DNA of 63,709 nucleotides, counting the filler, from a candidate division WOR-3 bacterium (GTDB lineage Bacteria; SDB-A): the NCBI GenBank assembly GCA_016934535.1. It is 9 parts of 8 records of this genome, joined end to end, with 100 filler letters (N's around TTAATTAATTAA, not from the genome) between each part and the next. Parts side by side here need not be neighbours in the genome. Positions count along the whole stretch, not along the records: positions 1 to 25,065 come from JAFGSQ010000012.1; 8 more parts are not named here. One strand, written 5' to 3'. Under the pieces are notes generated by a model, which worked only from the letters and a program-made list of their open reading frames with translations, searched no databases and was not told where the DNA came from. A program made the position numbers and the translations under genes. Positions 1 through 9,194 of the stretch are shown one piece after another; within the stretch, counting starts at the first letter, position 1, and every line of letters starts with the position of its first letter.

Positions 1-2010
1 AAAAAAGAAAACTCGAAAACCGACAATATTTACAGAGAAAAAATAAATGAAATAAAAATAGCGGTATCAGAAATCGAAAAAAAAGAAATCAAACCTTTTG
101 ACGACTATCTGCTGAAGCTCTCAAAAAAAATTTTAGAAGCCGCCGAAATAGAGAGTAAAGTATGTCCGGCTTACTTTCTGAAAAGTCATTTCGAAGACCT
201 GAAAAAGGACAATGAGACCATGTATTCTCACAGGCTTCCTTCCAATTTCGGAACAAGTTACGAAGAACTCGAATTTTCATCAAAAATTTTTGGCGAGGAA
301 AAGGCGAAGCTTCTCGCTTTTTTCTGTAACGAAATTAACAAAAATCTCAATTACTGTTTCTATAACAAAAGATTTGCGATCGTCAGCGGTCTGAAAAAAC
401 TCGTCGATCTTTACAGTGTTTCAAGAAGCGGAGAAATCACAGCAGAAAAAATAAGGCAAATCGTTTTGTCTGACATCGCTGAAACAAACATAGAACAAAT
501 GAAACAGTTTATGACAGAGCAATTCGATCCTTCTTACAAGCTATGTCACGACATCGTCACGGGTAGTGATTTGTCTGATGTAAAATATCTCTTCAGTTAC
601 GGCAAGTACATATCAGAAAACGAAATTAAGATGGCGGATTTTTTGTCGGAATATTCGGAAAAAAAACTCGAAATGCTCGCCGATCAGATTGTCGGTTCTT
701 ATATCAGAAGCTTTAAAGGTTCCGGGAAATCTTACCAGGGCAAACCTTACGTCCTGCTGTTCGGAGCCGTAGGTCTTGAAGCGCTTTTGAAACACTTGCT
801 TAAAAAGCTCGAAGAAAAGAAATTTAAAGCCCTCTTTTACGACATGTTTTCTACTGACATAAACAAACAGATGAAATATGATTTCAGGTTCAGCAACAGT
901 CTTTATCTCGACGAGGAATACGTCGATTTTATGATTAGCTCCACCGAAAAGCTGATGCCTGAATTCAAAGATATATTTTCTGAAGTTTCCGGAATGATAC
1001 ACGTGGCTAAATTCGGAGAAAGCCCGTTCAAACCCGCCATAAAAAAGGTAAAATACGAACTGACGGAAGAACAGCAGGAACTGAACAGAAGGATTCAGGC
1101 GGAGATAATGCAGATAAGAGAGAAGTATCTGCCAATGTCTTCTATAAGTTTCACTATTATAGCTTTCCCGTCACCTGAGATAGGCGGAAACTTCAAAGAG
1201 ATATTCTCCGACATAATAGATATCAATCTCCTCCAAGCCGAAAAATACGAAATGATCCAGAAAAAAATAATTGACGCACTTGACAGTGGAAATTATATTA
1301 GCGTGAAAGGAACTGAAGGCAACAGAACCGACATAAAGATAGCTCTCAAACGCCTGGAAAATCCTGAAAAGCAGACTAACTTCGTCAATTGCGGTGCAGA
1401 CATGAACATTCCCGTAGGTGAAGTTTTCACTTCTCCGGTGCTAAAGGGAACATCGGGAGTGCTTCATGTCAAAGAAGCCTTTCTCAATAATTTGAGATTT
1501 GTTGACCTCGAACTTGTTTTCGAAGACGGATACATAACTTCTTACAATTGCGCCAATTTTTCCAGTCCCGAAGAAAACAAAAAATATGTAAAAGAAAATC
1601 TCCTTTTTCCCCATGAAACTCTGCCGATGGGTGAATTCGCAATCGGCACGAACACACTCGCGTACGTCAAGGCGAAAAAACACAAAATAACACACCTTCT
1701 GCCTGTTTTGATTATAGAGAAGATGGGGCCTCACTTTGCTATCGGCGACACGTGTTTTTCGCATCAGGAAGACATGAGGCACTTCAACGAATGTGACGGC
1801 AAGGAAATGATGGCTAAGGAAAATGAAAGGTCGGCGATACGCAAAGAAGACATGAAAAAAGCTTATTTCTTCAAACACACCGACATTACATTGCCTTTCG
1901 AGGAAATTGCCTGCATAAAAGCTGTAGGAGAAGCTTCGGAAGTCTGCGTGATAAAAGACGGACGGTTCGTCTTAGAAGGGACTGAGGAGTTAAATTCGGT
2001 CTTCGAATAA
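1..2010 (+). CDS. Aminopeptidase, peptidase M29 (thermophilic metalloprotease) family with long N-terminal region; 5' partial
   Basis: Frame 1 is open from base 1 (KKENSKTDNIY...NETMYSH), so the gene starts before the window. The C-terminal half has M29 motifs NIPVGEVFTSP, GEFAIGTN, IEKMGPHFAIG and HTDI. Confidence 0.85.
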   Translation, partial: KKENSKTDNIYREKINEIKIAVSEIEKKEIKPFDDYLLKLSKKILEAAEIESKVCPAYFLKSHFEDLKKDNETMYSHRLPSNFGTSYEELEFSSKIFGEEKAKLLAFFCNEINKNLNYCFYNKRFAIVSGLKKLVDLYSVSRSGEITAEKIRQIVLSDIAETNIEQMKQFMTEQFDPSYKLCHDIVTGSDLSDVKYLFSYGKYISENEIKMADFLSEYSEKKLEMLADQIVGSYIRSFKGSGKSYQGKPYVLLFGAVGLEALLKHLLKKLEEKKFKALFYDMFSTDINKQMKYDFRFSNSLYLDEEYVDFMISSTEKLMPEFKDIFSEVSGMIHVAKFGESPFKPAIKKVKYELTEEQQELNRRIQAEIMQIREKYLPMSSISFTIIAFPSPEIGGNFKEIFSDIIDINLLQAEKYEMIQKKIIDALDSGNYISVKGTEGNRTDIKIALKRLENPEKQTNFVNCGADMNIPVGEVFTSPVLKGTSGVLHVKEAFLNNLRFVDLELVFEDGYITSYNCANFSSPEENKKYVKENLLFPHETLPMGEFAIGTNTLAYVKAKKHKITHLLPVLIIEKMGPHFAIGDTCFSHQEDMRHFNECDGKEMMAKENERSAIRKEDMKKAYFFKHTDITLPFEEIACIKAVGEASEVCVIKDGRFVLEGTEELNSVFE

Positions 2011-2901
2011 ATCATTCTCCGACATGTCAACTACTTTGCAGGCTTCTTGGAGAGTGCTGACGTGAGAGGCAGCTATTTTCAGGTTTTTTGAATTTTTCAA
2101 GCCTTTATAATACCACAGCAAATGTTTTCTCATAATCGTAATCCCCCGTTCCTCACCGTAAAATTCAACCATCAGACGGCAGTGTTCCTTGATCAATTCG
2201 TTTCTTTCGCCTTTTGAGTACTGTTTCTCCCTAAAAATCCAGGGATTGCCTCTTGCCGCCCTGCCTATCATAACACCTGCAAAGGATCCTGAAGATCCCA
2301 AAAAAATTGCTTTTTCGTAGGAATCCACGTCGCCGTTACCGATGACGGGAATTTCCGAATTTTCTGAAATATATTTAAGCGTTTCCCAGTCGGCTTTTAC
2401 AGAATAATTTTGAAGTGCGGTTCGGCCGTGAATTTTGATGAGAACTAGACCGATTCCATGCAAAGCTGAAAGAATTTCGTCATATATGGGCGCGTCAAAT
2501 CCAATTCTCGTCTTGAGCGTGACCGGAAATTTCGATTCTTCAACAGTCGCCTCGGCGCAGGACCTCAGTTTCGTCAAATCTTTCAAAAGCGCCGCTCCGT
2601 TGCAGGATTTGATTATTTTTCGCGCCGGACACCCGGCGTTAAGTTCAATGAAATCGGGATAAAGAGGATTTACAAGAGAGACCGCTTTTCTGATTTTAGA
2701 CGGATCTGAACCGGCTATCTGAACGGTTACCGGTCTTTCCTCATCTGCAAAAGACGCTTTTTGCAGATATTTTTTCGGATTAGACGTTATTCCCTGAACA
2801 GGTATCATCTCCGTGGTTACGTGAGAAGCCCCGCAACGGCGGCAGATAATTCTGAAAGGTCTGTCTGAAATACCGTCAAGAGGAGCGAGTTCTATTCTCA
2901 T
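1990..2901 (-). CDS. dusB: tRNA-dihydrouridine synthase (DusB-like)
   Basis: Motifs LAPLDGISDRPFR, ELNAGCP, GAALL, IHGRT, IGNGDV and MIGRAARGNPWIF. Confidence 0.92.
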   Translation of the reverse strand: MRIELAPLDGISDRPFRIICRRCGASHVTTEMIPVQGITSNPKKYLQKASFADEERPVTVQIAGSDPSKIRKAVSLVNPLYPDFIELNAGCPARKIIKSCNGAALLKDLTKLRSCAEATVEESKFPVTLKTRIGFDAPIYDEILSALHGIGLVLIKIHGRTALQNYSVKADWETLKYISENSEIPVIGNGDVDSYEKAIFLGSSGSFAGVMIGRAARGNPWIFREKQYSKGERNELIKEHCRLMVEFYGEERGITIMRKHLLWYYKGLKNSKNLKIAASHVSTLQEACKVVDMSENDLFEDRI

Positions 2902-3568
2902 CTTTGGACATCAGGCCGTAAAAAGAAAAACCCATTGCCGAGAGTACTACGACGGACAACACAATCGCTCCTGCCCAGCCGATTTTAGAAAGCAGAAGGG
3001 TCGCGGCCGTAACGATTATACCGGCTGAGGCGACACCGAAAAGTATCGCCAAAAAAGACTTTCGGACGTCTATGCCGGCGAGGAAAGCCGCGAAAGCGCC
3101 GGTCCATGCTCCCGTTACAGGCAATGGAACAGCTACGAAAAGCATGAGACCCAAAGATTTATATTTTTCAATCGAGGCTGATTTTTTTCTGGTCTTCCTG
3201 AACCACCAGTTTATAATACTTGCAAATTTTCTGTTTCTGGAGAGGAATCTGGAAACTGCGCCTGTAAAAAGAAGAATCGGAAGGACAGGTATCATGTTGC
3301 CCGCGACAGCGGCGATGTAAACTCTCCAGTAAGGAAGATCGAGTGTAAGGATGCCTACGGGTATGCCGCCCCTGAGTTCGAATATAGGCAGCATTGAAAT
3401 TAGGGCTATTATGATGTCGGGAGGAATGCCTTTTTCTCTGAGAGTCATTGTGAACTTTTCTTTCAGGGTTCTTTCATTGTGCTGGCAAGGTTCGTCGGCG
3501 TGGAGACCCAATACGATCTGCGATAGAACGGAGATCAGAACAAGGAATAATACTATAGTGTGTTTCAA
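2876..3568 (-). CDS. Small multidrug export-type membrane protein (COG2426)
   Basis: Signature motifs SMLPIFELRGGIP and LFVAVPLPVTGAWTG; several transmembrane segments. Confidence 0.85.
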   Translation of the reverse strand: MKHTIVLFLVLISVLSQIVLGLHADEPCQHNERTLKEKFTMTLREKGIPPDIIIALISMLPIFELRGGIPVGILTLDLPYWRVYIAAVAGNMIPVLPILLFTGAVSRFLSRNRKFASIINWWFRKTRKKSASIEKYKSLGLMLFVAVPLPVTGAWTGAFAAFLAGIDVRKSFLAILFGVASAGIIVTAATLLLSKIGWAGAIVLSVVVLSAMGFSFYGLMSKDENRTRSS

Positions 3569-4695
3569 AATTTAAGCAGGCTGACGACTGCCCGGGCGGA
3601 TATTCCTTCCATCGCGCCTTCGGGTCCCATTCGTTCGCTCGTCGTGGCTTTTACGGCTACGGATGATGAGTCGCAGCCGACGGTTCTGGATATGTTTTCT
3701 ATCATTTCGGGCACGTGCGGACTGAGTTTGGGTTTTTCCGCCACTACGACGGAATCTATGTTTACTATATGAGGATTTCCGGCTATCACTAGAGCTTTTT
3801 TGAGAAGATGCGCGCTCGAAGCGCCCAGAAAAGATTTGTTGTCATCGGGAAAGTAAAATCCGATGTCTCTCATGCCGCAGGCTCCAAGCACAGCGTCGGT
3901 TATGGCGTGATACAGAGCGTCTGCGTCGGAATGGCCCAAAAGACCCAGCTCAAAAGGGATCTTTACCCCTCCGAGTATGAGATCCCTGTTTTCTGAGTAT
4001 CTGTGAAAATCCAAACCGAATCCGACCCTCGCCGATGAGGCGAGAAGTTTTTGAGCCGTGTCAAAGTCTTCTCTCGTGGTTATTTTAAAGTTGCATGAGT
4101 CTCCGGGAACTGTCAGCACCTTTGTTCCGTTTTTTTCAGCGTACGAGGAGTCGTCTGTCAGAATTTCAGTGCAGGAAGCCAGCGCATTTTCTATGATTTT
4201 TTTTGGGAAAAACTGAGGCGTCTGAATCCTGCGGAGTTTTGATCTGTCCACAGTCTTTTCAACAAACCCGTTTTTGACCTCTTTTATTGTGTCAAAAACA
4301 TCTGTGACGGGAATGACTGAAAAACCTTTGCGGCATTCCGTCCAGAGTTTTTCAATAAGTTGTCTTTTAAGCAGTGGTCTGGCAGCGTCATGTATGGCGA
4401 CAAATTCGCAGGACGTTTTTTTTATTCCGTTGAGAACGGAAAGATGCCTTTCACTTCCGCCTTCGATGAAAACAAGTTTGTGCCTGTATGTGCTTTCGGG
4501 ACGGAATAAAGACTGGGAGTTTTTGATACCTTTAGGTTTTACGATAACAATCTCGTCACAGCCGTCTGATGCGTCAAAAGCTTTGGCGCTCCATTCCCAC
4601 ATTCTGAGGCCGAAAAGAGGCATGGATTGTTTCAAAACAGGGGCGGAGAATCTCTTGCCTGATCCGCCCGCGACAATTACAGCACTAAATCCCAC
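3565..4695 (-). CDS. ispDF: Bifunctional 2-C-methyl-D-erythritol 4-phosphate cytidylyltransferase / 2,4-cyclodiphosphate synthase
   Basis: IspD motifs AGGSGKRF, HDAARP, QTPQ, TDDSS and KITT, fused to IspF motifs GLDFH, GHSDAD, DIGFYFPD and VKATT. Confidence 0.95.
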   Translation of the reverse strand: MGFSAVIVAGGSGKRFSAPVLKQSMPLFGLRMWEWSAKAFDASDGCDEIVIVKPKGIKNSQSLFRPESTYRHKLVFIEGGSERHLSVLNGIKKTSCEFVAIHDAARPLLKRQLIEKLWTECRKGFSVIPVTDVFDTIKEVKNGFVEKTVDRSKLRRIQTPQFFPKKIIENALASCTEILTDDSSYAEKNGTKVLTVPGDSCNFKITTREDFDTAQKLLASSARVGFGLDFHRYSENRDLILGGVKIPFELGLLGHSDADALYHAITDAVLGACGMRDIGFYFPDDNKSFLGASSAHLLKKALVIAGNPHIVNIDSVVVAEKPKLSPHVPEMIENISRTVGCDSSSVAVKATTSERMGPEGAMEGISARAVVSLLKF

Positions 4696-5321
4696 AACAG
4701 CTTTCTTTTAGACAGCTTGTCCCTTTTCAGAAAAAGGATAGTCCCTTCGGAAGATTTTACAAAACTTGATACTCTGCATGTAATCTCTTTATCAGGGATG
4801 TGTTCTTCGTCTTTAACCTGGTAGATGGTGCCGTCCGGAAGGCGGCCTTTAAGACCGGATTCGTCTTTTTCGAAGGGTTTTACAGAAATAAATTTTCCAA
4901 GCCAGTATTTATCGGAAAAAACACCGGCGGTTCGGTCGAAATTGATGTTTTTTATTCCGTAAAGCATGGACAGGTGATCAGCTTCAGTCTCCGAAGAAAC
5001 GACGAATGTTTGGGAATATTTCCTGTTTTTTTTGAGCAAATCCGGGAAAGATTTGCAGTCGCTTATTTTTACTACGGAGACGCCGGTTACGTCCGAAAGA
5101 CTTTCAATGTTTGCAGAAGCGAGTTTCCCGTCTTTTTTGTGGCTTGAAGAAGAATCGGACAGTTCGGAGAAAAAGTCAATCCAGGAGGTCATCAGGTAGA
5201 GATCGGTTTTAAAAGGGAAAATTTCAAGAAAAGGAATAAATCTTGCATCGCACAGGGCGAGTGACGTCGGAATCAGTCTTATTTTTTTTTCAAACATGGG
5301 CGAGAGAAAATTTTTAAACAT
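4677..5321 (-). CDS. Divergent PIN/TRAM (YacL-like) protein lacking the membrane anchor
   Basis: Sits in the YacL position between radA and ispD. Segments GRLPDGTIYQV and ITCRVSSFVKSSEGTILF resemble the YacL TRAM tail. Confidence 0.65.
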   Translation of the reverse strand: MFKNFLSPMFEKKIRLIPTSLALCDARFIPFLEIFPFKTDLYLMTSWIDFFSELSDSSSSHKKDGKLASANIESLSDVTGVSVVKISDCKSFPDLLKKNRKYSQTFVVSSETEADHLSMLYGIKNINFDRTAGVFSDKYWLGKFISVKPFEKDESGLKGRLPDGTIYQVKDEEHIPDKEITCRVSSFVKSSEGTILFLKRDKLSKRKLLWDLVL

Positions 5322-6673
5322 TATTTTCCTTTTGGCTTCTTGGTTTCGGCGGAAAGGTCTTTTAGTACTTTTACCGCTTCTGAAATATTCTTTACCGGGA
5401 TGCCTTCCCGTATTTTGGACTGTGGCACGATTATAGTTTCGTAGCCAAGCCTTTTTGCTTCCTTGATCCGAAGCTCGTGACTTTTAACCGGTCTTATGTC
5501 TCCCGAAAGGCTCATCTCGCCGAAAGCAATCGCGTTTGCAGGAATACTGAAACCGGAATAGCTGGAAACCACTGCCAGGGCAATAGAAAGATCGAGTGCC
5601 GTGTCCGAGACGTGAAGCCCGCCGGCAATGTTGCAGTATATGTCTACGCTTCCTGAATCAGCGTTCTGCCACTTGTCCAGTACGGCGAGCAGCATGGACA
5701 GCCTTTTCTGGTTGAAACCGTTTACAACTCTCGCTGGTACTCCGAATTTTGTGGGTACGGTCAGTGATTCCACTTCTACAATGAAAGACCGGTTGCCTTC
5801 TATGACGGACCCCCTTATCGTGCCCGGAGGGAGTACCTTTTTGTCTTTGTCGAGCAGGATCTCGGTGGCGTCTTTTATTTCTTCAAATCCTTTTTCTGTC
5901 ATTTTGAAAATCCCGATTTCGTCTGTTGAGCCGTAACGATTCTTGTATGATCTCAGTATTCTGAATTCCTGCCTTCTGTCGCCTTCTATTGAGAGGACGA
6001 CGTCGACAAGATGTTCGAGTGATCTCGGCCCCGCGAGGTCTCCGGATTTTGTGACCTGTCCGATTAGAAAAACGGTCGAACCTGTTTTTCTGGCGAAAGT
6101 GCACATGATCTCGGAAACGCTTCTGACCTGATTGACGCTTCCGGTTATGCTCTCAATGGCAGGATTGAATACCGTCTGGACCGAATCGAGAATGACGGCG
6201 TCGTATTTCCCAACGGAGAGTATTTTCAGAATTTCGTTGGCGTCGTTTTCCGAGACGAATTTGAGGTTTTCCGAATGAGAACCGATTCTTTTCGCTCGCG
6301 AGAGAAGCTGATGCATGCTCTCTTCAGCAGTTATGTAAAGCGCATTTTTCGAAAAATTAGCGACGCTGTCGGCCACCTGGAGTATAAAAGTCGATTTTCC
6401 GATTCCGGGTTCTCCGCTGATAAGTATGGCAGATCCGGGGATAAAACCTCCTCCGAGAACCCTGTCGAATTCACCGACTCCGGTTATCGATTTTTCTGAA
6501 TCAGACTGATAGGCGGAAATATCCTTGACGGATGACGCGGCTTTCGAAGAAACCGCTTCTTTTGATTCTACGACTGTGTCCCATGCCCCGCAAGAAGGAC
6601 AGCTGCCCTGCCATCTAGTAAATGTCTCTCCGCAGTTGGAGCAGACAAATTTATCCCTGTTGACCTTTTTCAC
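5321..6673 (-). CDS. radA: DNA repair protein RadA/Sms
   Basis: C4 zinc finger (CSNCG...CPSC), Walker A GEPGIGKST, KNRYG motif and a Lon-like C-terminus. Confidence 0.97.
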   Translation of the reverse strand: MKKVNRDKFVCSNCGETFTRWQGSCPSCGAWDTVVESKEAVSSKAASSVKDISAYQSDSEKSITGVGEFDRVLGGGFIPGSAILISGEPGIGKSTFILQVADSVANFSKNALYITAEESMHQLLSRAKRIGSHSENLKFVSENDANEILKILSVGKYDAVILDSVQTVFNPAIESITGSVNQVRSVSEIMCTFARKTGSTVFLIGQVTKSGDLAGPRSLEHLVDVVLSIEGDRRQEFRILRSYKNRYGSTDEIGIFKMTEKGFEEIKDATEILLDKDKKVLPPGTIRGSVIEGNRSFIVEVESLTVPTKFGVPARVVNGFNQKRLSMLLAVLDKWQNADSGSVDIYCNIAGGLHVSDTALDLSIALAVVSSYSGFSIPANAIAFGEMSLSGDIRPVKSHELRIKEAKRLGYETIIVPQSKIREGIPVKNISEAVKVLKDLSAETKKPKGK

Positions 6674-6676
6674 AGC

Positions 6677-7549
6677 TTAAAACACTTCGAGGTTGATGTA
6701 TTTTCTCGGATTCGCTCTGATGTCTTCCGCCAGCATTTCGTATGCGCCAACCGCTCTTCTCATGTCGTAATACAGCGAATCTTCCTTTATGAGTTTGCCG
6801 AGGGTACCTTCACCTCTCGCTATAGATCTCTCTATCTGAATTAATAGCGTCAGGGCGGTGTCCATTTTACACAAAGTCGTGTCAAGAAGGCCAATGGTCT
6901 TGTCGAGTTTCTCACCCTTGTCCGATAACTGAGAAGAGACCGCGGCAAGGCTCGATCGGGTCTGGACGGCAGTCTGACGGAGTTCTGCGAGAAGATAGGT
7001 GAGATTTTGAACTGTCGACTGAGCGTCTACCACCAGGACGGTGCTTTGTTTTAGCAGTTCGCCCGCAGAAGTGTCGAAATTGCTTTTGATATCCGAAACA
7101 AGCATTTCAACATCTTCAACGGCTTTTGAAAGCTGTCCGATGTCGAATATCATGACAGGGTCGGTTGGCATCAGCTTTGTCGTGTCAAACGCCACGACGA
7201 GAGTTCCGGGTGTTATGTTTATATATTTTACGTTTGATATGAGTGACGTCTGGTATATCCCGGCTCTGGCGTCTGCGTTCAGATGAACGTCTTTGTCAAG
7301 AAGCATCTCGATTTCGACTTCCTTGTCGTGTATCGTAATTTTTGAAACCCTGCCTCTTGTCACGCCGTGTACCTGAACATCTGCGCCTTCGAACAATCCG
7401 CTGACGTTGTTGAAGACCGCTCTGATTTTGTAACCCTTTTTTGAGAAAGTGAAGTTTGAGAGAAAGGCGTAACCGGCAATGACAATAATAATGCTCACGA
7501 CAGCCAGAAAAGTCACTTTCCACGAATAGCTTTTTTCAATATGTTTCAT
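6677..7549 (-). CDS. mlaD: MCE/MlaD family substrate-binding protein
   Basis: N-terminal TM, FNNVSGLFEGADVQVHGVTRGRV MCE motif, helical extension and GTLGKLI...LY...NPRKY tail. Confidence 0.88.
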   Translation of the reverse strand: MKHIEKSYSWKVTFLAVVSIIIVIAGYAFLSNFTFSKKGYKIRAVFNNVSGLFEGADVQVHGVTRGRVSKITIHDKEVEIEMLLDKDVHLNADARAGIYQTSLISNVKYINITPGTLVVAFDTTKLMPTDPVMIFDIGQLSKAVEDVEMLVSDIKSNFDTSAGELLKQSTVLVVDAQSTVQNLTYLLAELRQTAVQTRSSLAAVSSQLSDKGEKLDKTIGLLDTTLCKMDTALTLLIQIERSIARGEGTLGKLIKEDSLYYDMRRAVGAYEMLAEDIRANPRKYINLEVF

Positions 7550-7653
7550 AATGCTAATTTATATCACAAAATCCGGGCAATTCAATTGAAAGATTATTTT
7601 TATATGTCATTTTTTCAAACGTCCGTGAAACGTATTGCGGATATCGAGCGCAA

Positions 7654-8400
7654 TCAGTTTATCTCTATCGGACCTTCACTTTTACCGAGCAGAAATTGAT
7701 TCAGATACGGGTTGTCAGAGTTTTTAGTTTCTTGCGTTGATCCGGAAAATATTATCTGGCCCTTGTAAAGCATTGCTATCCGCGAAGCCACAGTATAGGC
7801 TGACTCTATGTCGTGGGTTACGACTATGCTCGTTATGTTCAGTCTTGAGTTTAAATCCACTATCAGTTCGTTTATGTGTTCAGCGAGAATGGGATCGAGC
7901 CCTGTGGTCGGCTCGTCGTAAAGAATGTAAGCCGGTTCCATTATAATCGCTCTCGCTATGGCGACCCTTTTTCTCATTCCGCCTGAAAGCTCAGCTGTTT
8001 CGAGAAATTCACAGCCCTTTAAGCCGACCATTTCGAGTTTTTCGGATACCTTGTCCATCATTTCGGAAAAAGGAATTTTTGAATGTTCTTTGAGCGGCAG
8101 TGAAACGTTTTCAGCGACCGACATGGAGTCGAAAAGGGCTCCTCCCTGAAACACGAAACCGAACTTCTTTCTCTGTCTGAAAAGCTCGGGAACGCTTATT
8201 CTTTCAAGATTGACTCCGTCTATTGATATTGTTCCGGAATCGGGCCTTATCAAACCTACCATGTGTTTAAGTAAAACGCTCTTTCCTACGCCTGATTGTC
8301 CTATTATGACGAGCTTTTCGCCGTTTTCGACGTCTATTGACAGGTCTTCGTAAACGATCTTGTTCTCAAATTTTTTGTAGAGATTCTTTATGGAGATCAT
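7654..8400 (-). CDS. mlaF: ABC transporter ATP-binding protein, MlaF family
   Basis: GQSGVGKS, FQGGALFDSMSVAENV, LSGGMRKRVAIARA and YDEPTTGLDP; lies next to mlaE and mlaD. Confidence 0.92.
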   Translation of the reverse strand: MISIKNLYKKFENKIVYEDLSIDVENGEKLVIIGQSGVGKSVLLKHMVGLIRPDSGTISIDGVNLERISVPELFRQRKKFGFVFQGGALFDSMSVAENVSLPLKEHSKIPFSEMMDKVSEKLEMVGLKGCEFLETAELSGGMRKRVAIARAIIMEPAYILYDEPTTGLDPILAEHINELIVDLNSRLNITSIVVTHDIESAYTVASRIAMLYKGQIIFSGSTQETKNSDNPYLNQFLLGKSEGPIEIN

Positions 8401-9194
8401 CTGAACACAAGCCTTGCGACAAGATAGTCAGCTATCAGAATCAGGACGGACGCCGAGACAACAGCTTTTGTCGTCGCTTGTCCGACGCCTTTTGCACCGC
8501 CGTCGGCGTGAAAACCTGTAAACGTGCCGGCAAGGGAAATTATCATGCCGAAAATCACGGCTTTGATCAAACCTCCGAACAATTCGATCGGCATAAAGCT
8601 GAACTTCATGCCTTTCATGAAAGTTTCGTGCAATATTCCCATGGAAAGCGTGGCCAGCAAATACCCGGCGAAGATCGATGCAGCCTCGGAAATCACTGTT
8701 AAAACGGGGGTCATCATAACTACTGCAAAAAATCTTGGCAGAACCAGGAATCTGAAAGGGTTTATTGCCATGGCTGAAAGAGCGTCAATCTGTTCCGTGA
8801 CTTTCATGGTACCGAGTTCAGCCGCCATTGCCGCTCCGACTCTTCCTGAAAGCATCAGCCCCGTCAGGAGAGGACCGAGCTCTTCGAGTGTCGCTTTTAC
8901 TAGAGCCGTCGAAATATATATGTCGGGGATTATTCCCCTTCCTTGAAATTGAGCCTGAAATGTCGTCACGAGGCCTATCGCGGCCGAAGACACTATTATA
9001 ATCGGAAGCGACTGATTGCCGGTAAGATACATCTGTTCTACCGTCAGTTTTAGAAGTATTCGGGGTTTCTCGAAAGATTTAATCATTTCTACTATGAAAA
9101 GAAATATTGAATTGATCAGGATTAGTATACCTCTGACCCTGTTTCTTATGAGATAGTAAAATCTGTCGATTATCTTTTTTATTATTTTATTCAT
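8397..9194 (-). CDS. mlaE: ABC transporter permease, MlaE family
   Basis: ELGPLLTGLMLSGRVGAAMAAELGTMKVTEQIDAL and GGAKGVGQATTKAVV. Confidence 0.94.
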   Translation of the reverse strand: MNKIIKKIIDRFYYLIRNRVRGILILINSIFLFIVEMIKSFEKPRILLKLTVEQMYLTGNQSLPIIIVSSAAIGLVTTFQAQFQGRGIIPDIYISTALVKATLEELGPLLTGLMLSGRVGAAMAAELGTMKVTEQIDALSAMAINPFRFLVLPRFFAVVMMTPVLTVISEAASIFAGYLLATLSMGILHETFMKGMKFSFMPIELFGGLIKAVIFGMIISLAGTFTGFHADGGAKGVGQATTKAVVSASVLILIADYLVARLVFR

